DNA of 64,000 nucleotides from Flavobacteriales bacterium UBA5081 (GTDB lineage Bacteria; Bacteroidota; Bacteroidia; Flavobacteriales_E; Vicingaceae): NCBI GenBank assembly GCA_002415785.1, contig DIAJ01000032.1, positions 61,142 to 125,141 of the forward strand, read 5' to 3'. Shown piece by piece: positions 26,057 to 36,921 of this stretch (position 1 is its first letter; each line of letters starts with the position of its first letter). The notes under the pieces were generated by a model. It saw only the letters and a program-made list of their open reading frames with translations, ran no database searches and was not told where the DNA came from. The position numbers and the translations under genes were made by a program.

Positions 26057-29000
26057 TTATTGTGGTAAGTGGCGGTTATTGGCCTGACGACTTTCAGAAA
26101 TAGTAATTATTCCCGCGGCTGTTTCCCGTCTTACCCGGCTGGGTAGTCCTTCCTCGTCGTAATCATAAAAGGTAGCGTAATTGTTTTCATCTAGTTTAGC
26201 CGTCAGACGATTCGAAAAACGATCATACACATAGGTGTTCATATTACTTTCATAAGGGTGAATTCTGAAATCGTCGTAAAAAGCGCCCCATAACCCTCCA
26301 TGGAATCGAATCTTGAGGTAGTGCAATTCATCATAACTGAACCGTCCTTCAATCTTTTGCCATCCGTCAATAACTTCTGCCTGAGTTTTTAAAATTATTG
26401 TATCAGTTCCTACAATAATTTCTACTTTGGGGCTAACTCCTGTGTAGGGTGTTCCCGGAGCAACTCGGTCTTTGACCCATACACTAAAAAGATAGTCTCC
26501 GCTAGTCGGACTGAAGTTACCGTTAATGGAATCTTTTCCAAGCGTAAGCAAATGAATATTGTTCCCGTTACCATCTATAGAAGTGATCTGTGTGGTTACA
26601 CTCTGTTTTAAGTTCTGATTGAATTGATTGATGTGTTCACTCAGAATACTGGAATAATCCAAGTTTATCGTTTCTTGTTCGTCTGCCTCAAAACCACCTA
26701 ATGTTACACTTGACAGTGGTGTAAGGTGTTGTTCTTTGTATTGAAGCGTAACAGTTGATTGATTATGCTCTCCTTTTAAGTATAAAGAATAATCTCCACT
26801 GTGAGCAATTCCTTTTACTAGTTGAACATTTTTTTCATAAGGAGCAAAGTAATAAGTCTCATTACTCTGAGCTAATACATTTTGATGCGTTAATGATTGT
26901 GGCGGCAAACAGACCTTAAACTTTTCACTGTTTGAATATTGATGTGTACCAAACAAGTAGTTGTTTTCAAAATTATCTGAGGCAATATTTGAATAGGTTG
27001 AATTCCAAGCTAAAGCTTTTAGTTTATCTCTTTGAGTATAGTCTGCACAACTGTATATACCGGACGCATTTTTGCTTTGCATCGGTTTGCCTGACGCAGA
27101 ATACATTTCAACTACTTCCTCTGTTTTCCAGCCCGAAGAACTCTCTTCATTTACGAATGAAGCTTCTATGTAATCATAACATGGATTTTTTGTCCATAAG
27201 GTAGGTAGTTCCTCAAAATAACCGTCTTTTGCAACTTCAATGCTTTCTTTTGAAACTCTTGAGGAAACATATCGTTGTTTCTGTTTGGCATGAAAATTTC
27301 CTTCAACTCCTTGGAGAAACTTATTTATCGGCTGCTTATAAGCATGATTCACTCTAAAGGAATCCGAGTACAAATTAGAAGTAGCTTGAAAAATATTAAT
27401 CTCCTCAGCTGATTTTGTACCCTCATAATAACCATCCTTAATTTTTATGGGATCTTTACTTGATTCAAGTGCTCCCATTGAATGATTAAGCTGGTTGCGG
27501 TTTCCAGAACGTATCACTTTTATATTATCAGCCTCACTTAAATTAGCGATGGGAGTTCCTTCCCTTGATAATATTTGGTATGTATTAGGACAAAATACTT
27601 GTTCATAATTACTGCCCGTATCTATAGGGGGTGGCGGAATATTTAATGTATCCCATATTTCATTATAAGTGGTTTCATAATCCTTGTCACACAAGGTTGG
27701 AAAAAAGTGTCCCCTTTTTATTGGAACTTTAAATTCTAGCACCCTTTCAATATAATATGCATAATCTATCTCATTATTAGGTAATCTAATTTTATATTTC
27801 ACTAAAACGAATGGTGCTTTACTTGAAATATTCATTTTTGTTATTGGTATTCTGAAAACTGTTGCACTAGTACTATAATAGCCACTTAAGAATTGTAATT
27901 GGACACCCCAACTATAAAGGTCTGCTCTTGCTTTTAAAAAAAAAGAACTATCTTCAATACAAGAATTATATTTTTTTGAGTAGTTAAATAAACTATTTTG
28001 GAAAGTTTCTTTTGTTTTAATACATTCAACCTTTAACTTAATACTATCTGAAAAATCAAATAAAGATGAAACTTCTAGTGTATCAATATTATTTGGTAGT
28101 TCTTTACTTAAGTCCCATTCATCAAAAATTGTATTTTCTAACATTCCATTTAACAAATTAACCATTCTCGGACAGTTACGAGCACCTAAATGCCTGTAAC
28201 ATCCTTGAGTTCGAAACCAACCCATTAAACCATCATGTCGTTTTATAGTTTGATTTAAAATTTCAACAAAATCAGTCGACATTTGATAAATAACAGCATC
28301 CTCTAATATCTCTCCTCTTTCCCCCTTACGATAAATCCCTTTTCCTACATCCTCGTAATAATCTTTATTCCAGAAAGTTAATATGCGAGTTCTAGGGTTC
28401 GCTTTTCTATAATCAAATGACTCATCGCACTCTAACATTGTAATTGCATTAGGTTGTTTTTTATTAATCCACCCCCTATATTCATTATTATAAGCAGTCA
28501 TATCACTTGAAGTTTGAATTAAAACTTCATCACCATGTTTCAGGTGTTGAAAATCAGTATATGAGTTATCATTGGAGTCACATTTAACAGAATCCTCTCT
28601 TTTTATTTGTGTCGTAAACCCAATATTTTCAAATGCTGCTCCCATTCTTTTTTGTTGTTCAATCGTATGAGCAGGTATTTCATAAGTAAATTCATTTTGC
28701 TTGTGCTCGTCTTTAGTTTCCGTTAGAAGAACTTCTCCGGTTTTCCCATCAAATAACCTATTATATGCAGTAGACTGATATTGATCAGTATAACTAATTA
28801 CAGAGTCAGCTGTTCCATACATTTGAATAACCTTGGTTACAGTAGCTAGTCTTGTTTCCTTCTTTTCTGTAAGTCTATTGTATCCGGGCATTATTAATGG
28901 AACTGGCACTGGAAACGGACCCGGTAACGGAATTACATCTACATTAAATTGGTTGGATGTAGACTTTGATTCAGTATATCCTCTACGATTATATACTGCT

Positions 29001-32000
29001 ACATCATAATCAACACCCACTTCCTTTTCTTCAACTTTTCCTTCAGTAGTTAATACCCTTACCTTATTATCAAGCATTTTGCCTTCCGGAACTTCCTTCC
29101 ATTTATAGAAGTAAGTTGTTCCATTTAAATCTTTTTTTGCTTGAAAAAGTTTTCCATTCTCTTCTTTTTCAACCAAGGTGTATTCATTTTCGGCTTTGGG
29201 TTTCCCATGCATATCATTTAAAATGATTACATAACCTTGCGAGGCTGAAAATTTGGAATGTACTGTAGCATTTGAAAATGGAAAAGAAAACATCGGTCGG
29301 TTGTCAGGATCATTATTTTTTTGAATATCAACTTCTCTAACTATAGAAGGAAAATCTTTGGCCGTATAGTATTCATAATCTGTAAACTTGTTTGAGGTTT
29401 TTCCCTTACCATAATTGATGTTTTTAACGGTAACTTTTGAATAACCCACTACAGGTGAAGCAAAGAAAGACTCTCCAAAAGGTTTCTCCTGATACCCTTT
29501 AATTACAGGAACATGCCCATTTCGAGCTTGTGAGATAAAAGGCACAGGTTCCCTAAAAGGGTTTTCATCATTACCAACCAAGGGTTCATAAGAGGCGACC
29601 CCACTACTTATTTTTCCTTTATTTTCATCATCTATTTCGTAAATATAATATTGACCATAAGAAGAATTCTCCCCTTCACCACTCATCTTTTTCCAATTGT
29701 CATTTACAGTTAAACTTTTTACCCGGGAACCACCTCCCTTCTTGTATCCGTCGGCATTATTTAAACGAACAAAAGATTTATTCACTTTAAACTTATTGGC
29801 AATTTCCCTTTGTCGTAGTCGATCCTCAACACCAACAAACAAATTAAGAATATCTCCAATATTTGCTTTCATTCCTTTTAATACAGACTCTAAGGCATTA
29901 TCATCCACATTAGGTTGTTCATACAATACTTCAAAAAGATTTTGCCTAAAAAAGCCCCAAGCAATTTCTGAAACTGAAGTAATACCTTCTTCATTTGATT
30001 TTAGTTCAATATAAATGTGTTGTTTAGTACTATCATTATTGCAAAATCCAATATCACTGACAGTTGTATATCCGGGCACATATTCAAAGCCAGAACCGAT
30101 GTCTGTTAAAAACTTAAAATACATCTGTTCCCCGTCAAGCAGTAGTCTTTTTAATGCTGTGTTATTTAGTTCAGAAGATATTGAGGCAATTGAACTTGGA
30201 GTATTCATGTATAAATACTTATTACCATATAAATTATCAGAAGAGGCATACTCCTTAGAGCTACCGGCTCCTATAACCGGATACATCTGCATGGCAGTTT
30301 TGTCTTGTATAAAAGCATAATCGTCCGCTTCATATTCAACATTGATCTTGCCTCCTATAGGAGTTATAATTTCTTTTAGGCTCCAAGCATTTGCCCATGT
30401 ATTTAGTGAATCTGTATATTCTTGAGGGGAATAAGGAAAGTCAGCATTCTTAATACCATCAGGATTCACGCTTTTGGGTTTATAATTTCCCCAACGATCC
30501 ACTGCATCCGGATTGTAATCAGGGTTAACATTAGAATATATAAATAGATAAGGACTTTTCTTTCCATTATTACTGTTTCCATTTAAAATTTCAATGGATT
30601 GAAGCGTTAGTTTTCCTTTTCCAACCTCTATTTGACCTTCCACATTTTCACAAAGTGAATAGTCGTAGTCAAAAATTACTCGTTTAAGTGGAATAGCCTC
30701 CTCTTTGTTTACAAGTCGATCCAACTTGTCGTATAAAACAATGGAATCAAGTTTAAAAGAACGGTTATTATCACTGGTGTCTGTAGGTGCTACCCCTTTT
30801 TCTTCTCCTTCTTCTCCTTTTACTCCTACAGCGTCTTTACGTGGAGAAGTATAAAACTCCGCCACTTGGTTTTTACTTTCAATGGAATGCATATACCACA
30901 TCTCTTTTGTACCGTAGGTATAAGTAGCTTTTTGATCCAAGTCATCGGTTTTATACCCCTCGTGAAAATTATCTCCTGAATAAGGCATTCTCCATTTATA
31001 ATTATCACTTGTTTTGGTATAATTAAATTTATAGGCATTACCTAAATCATCCGGGGTCACCCCGTTTCCGGTTAAATCTTGATAATCGGGTGACAGTTGA
31101 GCCGTTAGCAAAAAACTGTGTGCATAAGGTGGTGTTTTAATTTTGGAATAGTAACCATCAATACCTGCATCATTGTGAATGGAGGCTTCATTATCACCAA
31201 AAGCAACCCTATTATCACCAATTGAAGGTGATTCTTTGCCAGTCGTATAGGTTACTTCATGCTTACTCTTGTTGTATGCCGGTATGCCATAAACATACCT
31301 TCTACCATCTTTTTCCAAATAGGTAATTTCAGAAATATGATGCTCCTTTCGAATACCACCTACTCTACTGATATCTTCAATGTTATAACCTTCAGAACCT
31401 CCCTGATAAAACTTTCCAGTTATTGATTTTATTCCATCAAGGGCTACCTTTTCAGCCTCTACCGCTGTTAGTGTACTTAAAACTTGACTTCTGGGATTTC
31501 TCCAATCCTCTTTTATGCTTGGAAGTTGACTGATTTTACTATTACTCCCACGTTTTAATTCCGATAATAAGGTATGTCCATCTAATTTAAATGTAATCGG
31601 ATCATAGGCTCCAATTCCATTAAATTTCTCATTATTAATTTCAACACGATCTCCTGCCGGTTTATAAAACACATTCTCCTGAATTTGATCAACTCTGCTA
31701 GATGTAAAATCAAGCCCACTTACATAGTTATCAGTATACCAAGGACCATCTTCAATTTTTTCATATACCTTGTTTGTACTAATTCCCGCATGCACATATG
31801 CTCCAAGCCCAACTTCAGCTCCATAAGAATTAGAACTAGAAGAATTATAACTGTATGCTGGGTCATTCAAAATTCCTAAATCATTGCGTTGTGGACGAAA
31901 AGCGGATGCTACACCTTGCCCTTGCACAGTAAAAACATCATAGGTGAAGTTTATTGGGGATAAGTTTGTCGTCGTTTTATTTAACTGAACCTGGTTTTCT

Positions 32001-32929
32001 TTATTAAAATCTTTAATTGCGGTTGGTGATGCTTCTTCAGTATATGTATACCCATAAGCTGGAGTACTCACTTGCTCTTGACTAATCTCTTGTTTAGTTT
32101 GTGAACCATTTAGTCTACCACTTCCACTTACTCCATATACCTCCCCACCTAATGAGGCTGAAAAGTCTATTGTTTGACTTTTCAACTTAAGCGCTGAATA
32201 TGGAGTATATGTTCTCATGCCAATTGGAATATATGAAGCCCCAACTGCTCCGATTGAGCTATTAAAAGAACTTTGTCCTGTACGTAAGCTGTACCCGGCA
32301 CCTATGTTCCCTACAAGTACTCCTGTCATACCTGTAAAACCTACTCCATCTAATGTGTTAAGTGAATACCCTAAAGAGGCATCAATTCCATTTTCTCCCA
32401 AACCGAGTGGTACATTGATTCCATTATTATATGAAAAGCCAAATCCTTTGTAATTGTTATGAATAAATGTCAAACCAGAGGTTACCGATAAATATTTTGC
32501 TAATTCTTCTCTTCCCAGTACTTCAATACTTGCCCCAACATTAACTTTAGTAATCACCATCGGCTTCATAGAAGTCTCCGTTTCAATTTTATCACCCTTA
32601 AAATCATCCGGTATCCCCCTTACCGATCGATTAATCGTTCCAACATTTAAATTCCAGCCAAGCCCCACCCAGGAGGCTTCTTGCTCCATGGTTACTCCAC
32701 TGTTATATGCGATATTTACCGGATAACCTTCAATGTCCATCAATGGAATATTATAGGTAAAATCCCCTGTAAAAGGGTCAACCATTTCAGTGGTTCCGGC
32801 AGGTGTAAATGCCGCCATTTCAGGCTGTGATGGACCACTACCCAGTGCCATTAAATGCATGGGAGAAAAAATTTCTGTCAAAAAAAGGATCAATAAAATC
32901 CAAGCCTTAATTTCTAGGTTTTTACGCAT
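26057..32929 (-). CDS. Exported SpvB/TcB-like giant protein (2290 aa), partner of the RHS toxin
   Basis: It has a signal peptide, then FTGDFTYNIPLMDIEGYPVNIAYNSG.....ASWVGLGWNLNVGTINRSVRGIPDDF, which resembles the SpvB/TcaC N-terminal domain signature. The C-terminus has YD-like repeats (YVYDRFSNRLTAKLDENNYATFYDYDEEGLPSRV). Its stop lies 42 nt upstream of the RHS gene start. Confidence 0.75.
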   Translation of the reverse strand: MRKNLEIKAWILLILFLTEIFSPMHLMALGSGPSQPEMAAFTPAGTTEMVDPFTGDFTYNIPLMDIEGYPVNIAYNSGVTMEQEASWVGLGWNLNVGTINRSVRGIPDDFKGDKIETETSMKPMVITKVNVGASIEVLGREELAKYLSVTSGLTFIHNNYKGFGFSYNNGINVPLGLGENGIDASLGYSLNTLDGVGFTGMTGVLVGNIGAGYSLRTGQSSFNSSIGAVGASYIPIGMRTYTPYSALKLKSQTIDFSASLGGEVYGVSGSGRLNGSQTKQEISQEQVSTPAYGYTYTEEASPTAIKDFNKENQVQLNKTTTNLSPINFTYDVFTVQGQGVASAFRPQRNDLGILNDPAYSYNSSSSNSYGAEVGLGAYVHAGISTNKVYEKIEDGPWYTDNYVSGLDFTSSRVDQIQENVFYKPAGDRVEINNEKFNGIGAYDPITFKLDGHTLLSELKRGSNSKISQLPSIKEDWRNPRSQVLSTLTAVEAEKVALDGIKSITGKFYQGGSEGYNIEDISRVGGIRKEHHISEITYLEKDGRRYVYGIPAYNKSKHEVTYTTGKESPSIGDNRVAFGDNEASIHNDAGIDGYYSKIKTPPYAHSFLLTAQLSPDYQDLTGNGVTPDDLGNAYKFNYTKTSDNYKWRMPYSGDNFHEGYKTDDLDQKATYTYGTKEMWYMHSIESKNQVAEFYTSPRKDAVGVKGEEGEEKGVAPTDTSDNNRSFKLDSIVLYDKLDRLVNKEEAIPLKRVIFDYDYSLCENVEGQIEVGKGKLTLQSIEILNGNSNNGKKSPYLFIYSNVNPDYNPDAVDRWGNYKPKSVNPDGIKNADFPYSPQEYTDSLNTWANAWSLKEIITPIGGKINVEYEADDYAFIQDKTAMQMYPVIGAGSSKEYASSDNLYGNKYLYMNTPSSIASISSELNNTALKRLLLDGEQMYFKFLTDIGSGFEYVPGYTTVSDIGFCNNDSTKQHIYIELKSNEEGITSVSEIAWGFFRQNLFEVLYEQPNVDDNALESVLKGMKANIGDILNLFVGVEDRLRQREIANKFKVNKSFVRLNNADGYKKGGGSRVKSLTVNDNWKKMSGEGENSSYGQYYIYEIDDENKGKISSGVASYEPLVGNDENPFREPVPFISQARNGHVPVIKGYQEKPFGESFFASPVVGYSKVTVKNINYGKGKTSNKFTDYEYYTAKDFPSIVREVDIQKNNDPDNRPMFSFPFSNATVHSKFSASQGYVIILNDMHGKPKAENEYTLVEKEENGKLFQAKKDLNGTTYFYKWKEVPEGKMLDNKVRVLTTEGKVEEKEVGVDYDVAVYNRRGYTESKSTSNQFNVDVIPLPGPFPVPVPLIMPGYNRLTEKKETRLATVTKVIQMYGTADSVISYTDQYQSTAYNRLFDGKTGEVLLTETKDEHKQNEFTYEIPAHTIEQQKRMGAAFENIGFTTQIKREDSVKCDSNDNSYTDFQHLKHGDEVLIQTSSDMTAYNNEYRGWINKKQPNAITMLECDESFDYRKANPRTRILTFWNKDYYEDVGKGIYRKGERGEILEDAVIYQMSTDFVEILNQTIKRHDGLMGWFRTQGCYRHLGARNCPRMVNLLNGMLENTIFDEWDLSKELPNNIDTLEVSSLFDFSDSIKLKVECIKTKETFQNSLFNYSKKYNSCIEDSSFFLKARADLYSWGVQLQFLSGYYSTSATVFRIPITKMNISSKAPFVLVKYKIRLPNNEIDYAYYIERVLEFKVPIKRGHFFPTLCDKDYETTYNEIWDTLNIPPPPIDTGSNYEQVFCPNTYQILSREGTPIANLSEADNIKVIRSGNRNQLNHSMGALESSKDPIKIKDGYYEGTKSAEEINIFQATSNLYSDSFRVNHAYKQPINKFLQGVEGNFHAKQKQRYVSSRVSKESIEVAKDGYFEELPTLWTKNPCYDYIEASFVNEESSSGWKTEEVVEMYSASGKPMQSKNASGIYSCADYTQRDKLKALAWNSTYSNIASDNFENNYLFGTHQYSNSEKFKVCLPPQSLTHQNVLAQSNETYYFAPYEKNVQLVKGIAHSGDYSLYLKGEHNQSTVTLQYKEQHLTPLSSVTLGGFEADEQETINLDYSSILSEHINQFNQNLKQSVTTQITSIDGNGNNIHLLTLGKDSINGNFSPTSGDYLFSVWVKDRVAPGTPYTGVSPKVEIIVGTDTIILKTQAEVIDGWQKIEGRFSYDELHYLKIRFHGGLWGAFYDDFRIHPYESNMNTYVYDRFSNRLTAKLDENNYATFYDYDEEGLPSRVRRETAAGIITISESRQANNRHLPQ

Positions 32930-32960
32930 GATGTTTAATTTTTGAGAAATTGCTTTATTC

Positions 32961-34082
32961 TTACTTAATATAATCCGGATTCACATACTTAATAAAGAAG
33001 CGATAGTTTTTTCCATCTTTTGTTTCCAATTGTATGCGGTATTCTTTTAAGTGTTTTAAGTACACTTGTTCTTTTAAGTCCAGTTCAAATTTGTTGACTC
33101 CCCGTTCTACTTCAAAACTATTGTCGGTAAGTTCAACTTTTTTGTTTTTGCCACTCTTTTTGTAATGTTCAAAGAGTTTTGCCTGTATTTCCGTCTCTTC
33201 TTCCGAAGGGTATTTAAACTTAAACTCCCCCACAGCAAATAATGTAGCTCCATCCTCGAGTTCAGTAATGTCGACATAAGACAGGTTTCGGGGAATTTCT
33301 ATTAATGAGTCTTGTTCTTTATATCGAAAAAACCATGGCTCTGAAGAAATAACTTTCTCTCCTTGATAGTTTAATGTAAGCTGCCAAGCATAAGATTTGT
33401 TGTTTTCCAAGGGTTGAGCATCTGCCGGATAAAGCAGCTGGTTAGTTTGTAGGTTATTGATATGAACTAAAGGCATCTTTCTTCGGAGGGCTGCATTGGC
33501 ATTTTCATCTTGGTCAAGCCCCACCAATTTAAAGTCATATGTATACCCTTCCATTCCACTAAAATCTGCCCAGCTAAATACTGGTCGGCTCTCAAATATT
33601 TCGCCTTCTTCACTTGGATATAAGGGTAGTAAATTCACAAAGTCCGTTGCATTGTATTCAATACACTCTTCTGATCGAATTGAACGATCACCAATTGCTT
33701 GTACTTGTACACACAACACATAATTCATGGGTGGAAGTCCCACTCCTTGTTGATATAAACGACTGAACGCAGCATCTTTGTATAGCGTCTGAGCTTCAAC
33801 ATTACTTCCTCTCAGACTTTTAATTTCATTAGCGTTTATATTAACGGTTGTTCTTTCAACCATTAATTTCTTGCCTCTTCTACTTTGTAAAGTGGCTTGT
33901 AAAGTCAATTGCCCGGTATATGCAGATTGATTAACGATTGATAAGTTAAATAGCGAATTTTGTTGAGCACTATTTATCGGATCTAAAAGCAACTGGATAT
34001 TATGTGCACTAAGTGCTACTGAAGTAATAGAAAATAATAAGATAGATAGGCATTTCAGCCCAAGTGACACTTGTTTTTTCAT
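32961..34082 (-). CDS. Exported hypothetical protein (373 aa), first gene of the SpvB-like/RHS operon
   Basis: Signal peptide is LKCLSILLFSITSVALSAHN. It lies 31 nt upstream of the SpvB-like gene on the same strand. No recognisable motif. Confidence 0.6.
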   Translation of the reverse strand: MKKQVSLGLKCLSILLFSITSVALSAHNIQLLLDPINSAQQNSLFNLSIVNQSAYTGQLTLQATLQSRRGKKLMVERTTVNINANEIKSLRGSNVEAQTLYKDAAFSRLYQQGVGLPPMNYVLCVQVQAIGDRSIRSEECIEYNATDFVNLLPLYPSEEGEIFESRPVFSWADFSGMEGYTYDFKLVGLDQDENANAALRRKMPLVHINNLQTNQLLYPADAQPLENNKSYAWQLTLNYQGEKVISSEPWFFRYKEQDSLIEIPRNLSYVDITELEDGATLFAVGEFKFKYPSEEETEIQAKLFEHYKKSGKNKKVELTDNSFEVERGVNKFELDLKEQVYLKHLKEYRIQLETKDGKNYRFFIKYVNPDYIK

Positions 34083-34249
34083 AAGTAGTTTGCTAATTGA
34101 CTAGTGAATAAGTCGTTAAATCAACAGGGCAATTATAAATAGATTTTTTAATAAAAAAAATATTTTTTTAAGTTTTCTTTAGTTTTTAACATTTTAACCA
34201 TCAAAAATGTCATTTATTTGTATTCAACTAAATTTGGATATTAACAATT

Positions 34250-36877
34250 TTGCGTTTTTTCAACTTAGCAATTCTATTAATTTTAACTTTCTTTTTTTCA
34301 ACAATTAAAGCTCAATCTTTACGATCAATCGGCATTAATTATGAATGGAAAAACGATAGTGTTATAACAATAAAGTCAAAAGGAATTAATACCGATCCGG
34401 CATTCTTAGCTAATCTTTTTGTATTTAGAGAAGATGCAATTGAACAAAAATTTGACTCCTTATACATTGCAAAAGGAATTTTTCAACTTACTAAAGAAAT
34501 CAGTTTACCGGCTAGCCTTTTTAAGGATGAGTCAAATTCAACTATTTTAAGAGTTAAACTGTTTGCCGTTACCTCAAACAAACTCATTCACAAAAGTGAA
34601 CTAAAAATTACGGCTCCACCCAAACCAAAACTACAGTTCACTTATACTGATAGTAGCTTTCACTTTTCTTATTCCGGCAAGGTCTCTAAACTAATTACCA
34701 TTAGCCTAATTACGGAAGATTCAACAGAAAAAAAAGAGAACCACTCCTTTAAAGTCAGTCAGGATACTTCTTTTTTAGCATGGGAGTTAATTAAAACCAA
34801 TCCGCTTCAAAACCGGAAAGTCATTATCGTTCAGGAAAAAGATACCTTAGCGACGTTTTTCTACCGTGAGGGTATCTTTACTCGTACTCCAACCGAACAT
34901 CAAATAAATGAAGACTCACCAAAAAATAAAAAATCAAAGGCAATCAACATAAGTGGTGAATTCTTTATCGAAAACAATGCCTTTAGTAAACCACCGGAAC
35001 ATGCTCCTGCCTTGCAATATCCTAGTACCATTATAAGCACTTCAAATCAAATTAGTCTGTTCGGGGCTCCTTTTCAGTTGAATGCTTATCATAATACGGC
35101 AGAAAACATTGACCCTAATTTTCGAAATTTTTTCTCTTTCAGTTTGGATGTAAATGCACTCCGCAACCAAGTCAAAGAAAGGTTAATTGCAAAGGATCTG
35201 GAAAAGGTTCCAAATGTCAACGAAATAGAACAAGCAATCCTTTCCAATGAAAAATCTATTGAAAAGCTAGAGCAGTATAAACGAACACTGATTAATTATC
35301 CCAACCAAGAAATTGAGATTGATGAATTTTTAGAAAAAGAAAGTGAAAAACTTAAAGATTCGAAAGTCAAAGATTCACTCCTATCATCCTTGAATGAGGC
35401 TGACCGCTTAAACATAAAAAAAGATTCACTGCTTCCAGATAGCATAATTGTTTCAGATAGTATAAATCTTGAAAATAAAAATGCAAAGGAGATCAATCGA
35501 ATCAATGGTTTAATTCAACGGTTAAAAGCCTCCAACAAATACAAGGAGAAAATCCGGAATAAACAACTTGAAAATCCAGTTACGCTCGACTACTCCAAAT
35601 ACGACTCTAAAACCCTTTACCAAAAAGCAGCAGGAAGCGGAATTGAAAATCTTCTGCTTCGATTTGAAAAGTTGGAAGTCGGAAACTTTTATGAATACAC
35701 CGGAAGGTACTCTATTCGAGACATTGAAATGAAGGGAGTAAATACATCTTTTTTACTAGATCCGAAAAACCAAATTAGTTTTTTACACGGAAAGATTAAC
35801 AACTTTCAGTCTTTCAATCTAGATGAAATTGATAAAAACATAAAAGTAATAAGTATTGGTTTTCAAAACACTACATCCGATTACTTTCGACCTTCCATCC
35901 GCTTTAGCGAATTCCGCGATGAAACGATCAATGAAGAACTAAGTCCGGTGGAAAAATCAAACTATGTGATCTCCACAGCTGTTTCAGGTGATGTAAGTAG
36001 CTTTTTATATTATGAATTGGAATACAATCAGTCCGCAAATAAACTTAACCAAACCCTTTCAAAAAAAAAGGATTTTCAGAAGCAAGCTGCCTATTACGGT
36101 AAATTTAGTGTGCAACCATTTTCATTTTTAGAGATCAATACACAGTTCGACCAAGTAGGTTCTAATTACCGCTCCGAAGGAGTCTATTTTTTAAATAGAA
36201 ACACACAATCCTATTCAGTAGGAACATACCTCAAACTTTTTAAAAACAAGATCTATCTAAAAAGTGATTATGCCATCATCAACCGGAACTTTGAACAAAA
36301 AGAGTTAGTCAATCAAACGAAAAAGCTCTTCTTTGATATGGGTAGTCGCTTTAAGCGAATCCCGAATTTTCAGCTTATTCACAGTCCGGTTACTGTTGAT
36401 ATTGCCAATAAAATTGATACCGCTTTTAGTGGATTAAATGGTTTTTCAACTGTTACTATTGCTCGGTTATTTTACATCAAAAGGGTGAAGCGTACCATGC
36501 TGAACACCGCATTAATTTACAATGAAATCACAAACGATTTTTTTGAGTCATCTCAGACCCAAAAAGGATTTCAGCACTTTGTAAGTGTTTCCAATGAGAA
36601 GACACAGCTTTCATTTACTTCTTCTTACAACAATGTTTTTGAAAAAGTTCGTTTTGTTTCTACCTCTGTCAATCGACAGTTTAAAGAAGGAAAATACCAG
36701 ACGAGCCTTTATTATGCGAAGAATTTTATGCTTGACCGTTATAAAGATATTCTTCGATTTAAACTAAGTGGTCTACTTTATCAGTATTTCACTTTAGGTT
36801 GTGGGGTAAATATATTGTTTGAAGAAAATGGAGAAGCTAATTTAGGTTCGGTATTGAGTTTGAGAATAAAGTATTAA
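34250..36877 (+). CDS. Exported 875-aa protein with a predicted C-terminal beta-barrel-like region; candidate outer-membrane component, divergent from the toxin operon
   Basis: It has a TTG start and signal peptide RFFNLAILLILTFFFSTIKAQS. A K/E-rich coiled-coil middle is followed by alternating aromatic/polar beta-strand-like sequence in the C-terminal ~400 aa, ending in ...LSLRIKY (terminal aromatic). Confidence 0.5.
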   Translation: MRFFNLAILLILTFFFSTIKAQSLRSIGINYEWKNDSVITIKSKGINTDPAFLANLFVFREDAIEQKFDSLYIAKGIFQLTKEISLPASLFKDESNSTILRVKLFAVTSNKLIHKSELKITAPPKPKLQFTYTDSSFHFSYSGKVSKLITISLITEDSTEKKENHSFKVSQDTSFLAWELIKTNPLQNRKVIIVQEKDTLATFFYREGIFTRTPTEHQINEDSPKNKKSKAINISGEFFIENNAFSKPPEHAPALQYPSTIISTSNQISLFGAPFQLNAYHNTAENIDPNFRNFFSFSLDVNALRNQVKERLIAKDLEKVPNVNEIEQAILSNEKSIEKLEQYKRTLINYPNQEIEIDEFLEKESEKLKDSKVKDSLLSSLNEADRLNIKKDSLLPDSIIVSDSINLENKNAKEINRINGLIQRLKASNKYKEKIRNKQLENPVTLDYSKYDSKTLYQKAAGSGIENLLLRFEKLEVGNFYEYTGRYSIRDIEMKGVNTSFLLDPKNQISFLHGKINNFQSFNLDEIDKNIKVISIGFQNTTSDYFRPSIRFSEFRDETINEELSPVEKSNYVISTAVSGDVSSFLYYELEYNQSANKLNQTLSKKKDFQKQAAYYGKFSVQPFSFLEINTQFDQVGSNYRSEGVYFLNRNTQSYSVGTYLKLFKNKIYLKSDYAIINRNFEQKELVNQTKKLFFDMGSRFKRIPNFQLIHSPVTVDIANKIDTAFSGLNGFSTVTIARLFYIKRVKRTMLNTALIYNEITNDFFESSQTQKGFQHFVSVSNEKTQLSFTSSYNNVFEKVRFVSTSVNRQFKEGKYQTSLYYAKNFMLDRYKDILRFKLSGLLYQYFTLGCGVNILFEENGEANLGSVLSLRIKY

Positions 36878-36921
36878 CTACCGAAATCTTCTTCAAAACA
36901 AAAAGCCCCACATTAAAACAA

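Noticed and set aside
16340-32929. Numerous 60-105-aa plus-strand ORFs inside the RHS and SpvB-like genes (for example 19051..19242, 22341..22649, 29697..30320)
   Set aside because: They are antisense shadow ORFs within very long, clearly coding minus-strand genes.
16340-32929. T6SS- or T9SS-delivered Rhs effector
   Set aside because: There is no PAAR, VgrG, Hcp or other T6SS gene in the window. The proteins start with Sec signal peptides. The C-terminus is a toxin tip rather than a T9SS sorting domain. The porQ-like gene at 42 kb is unlinked housekeeping.
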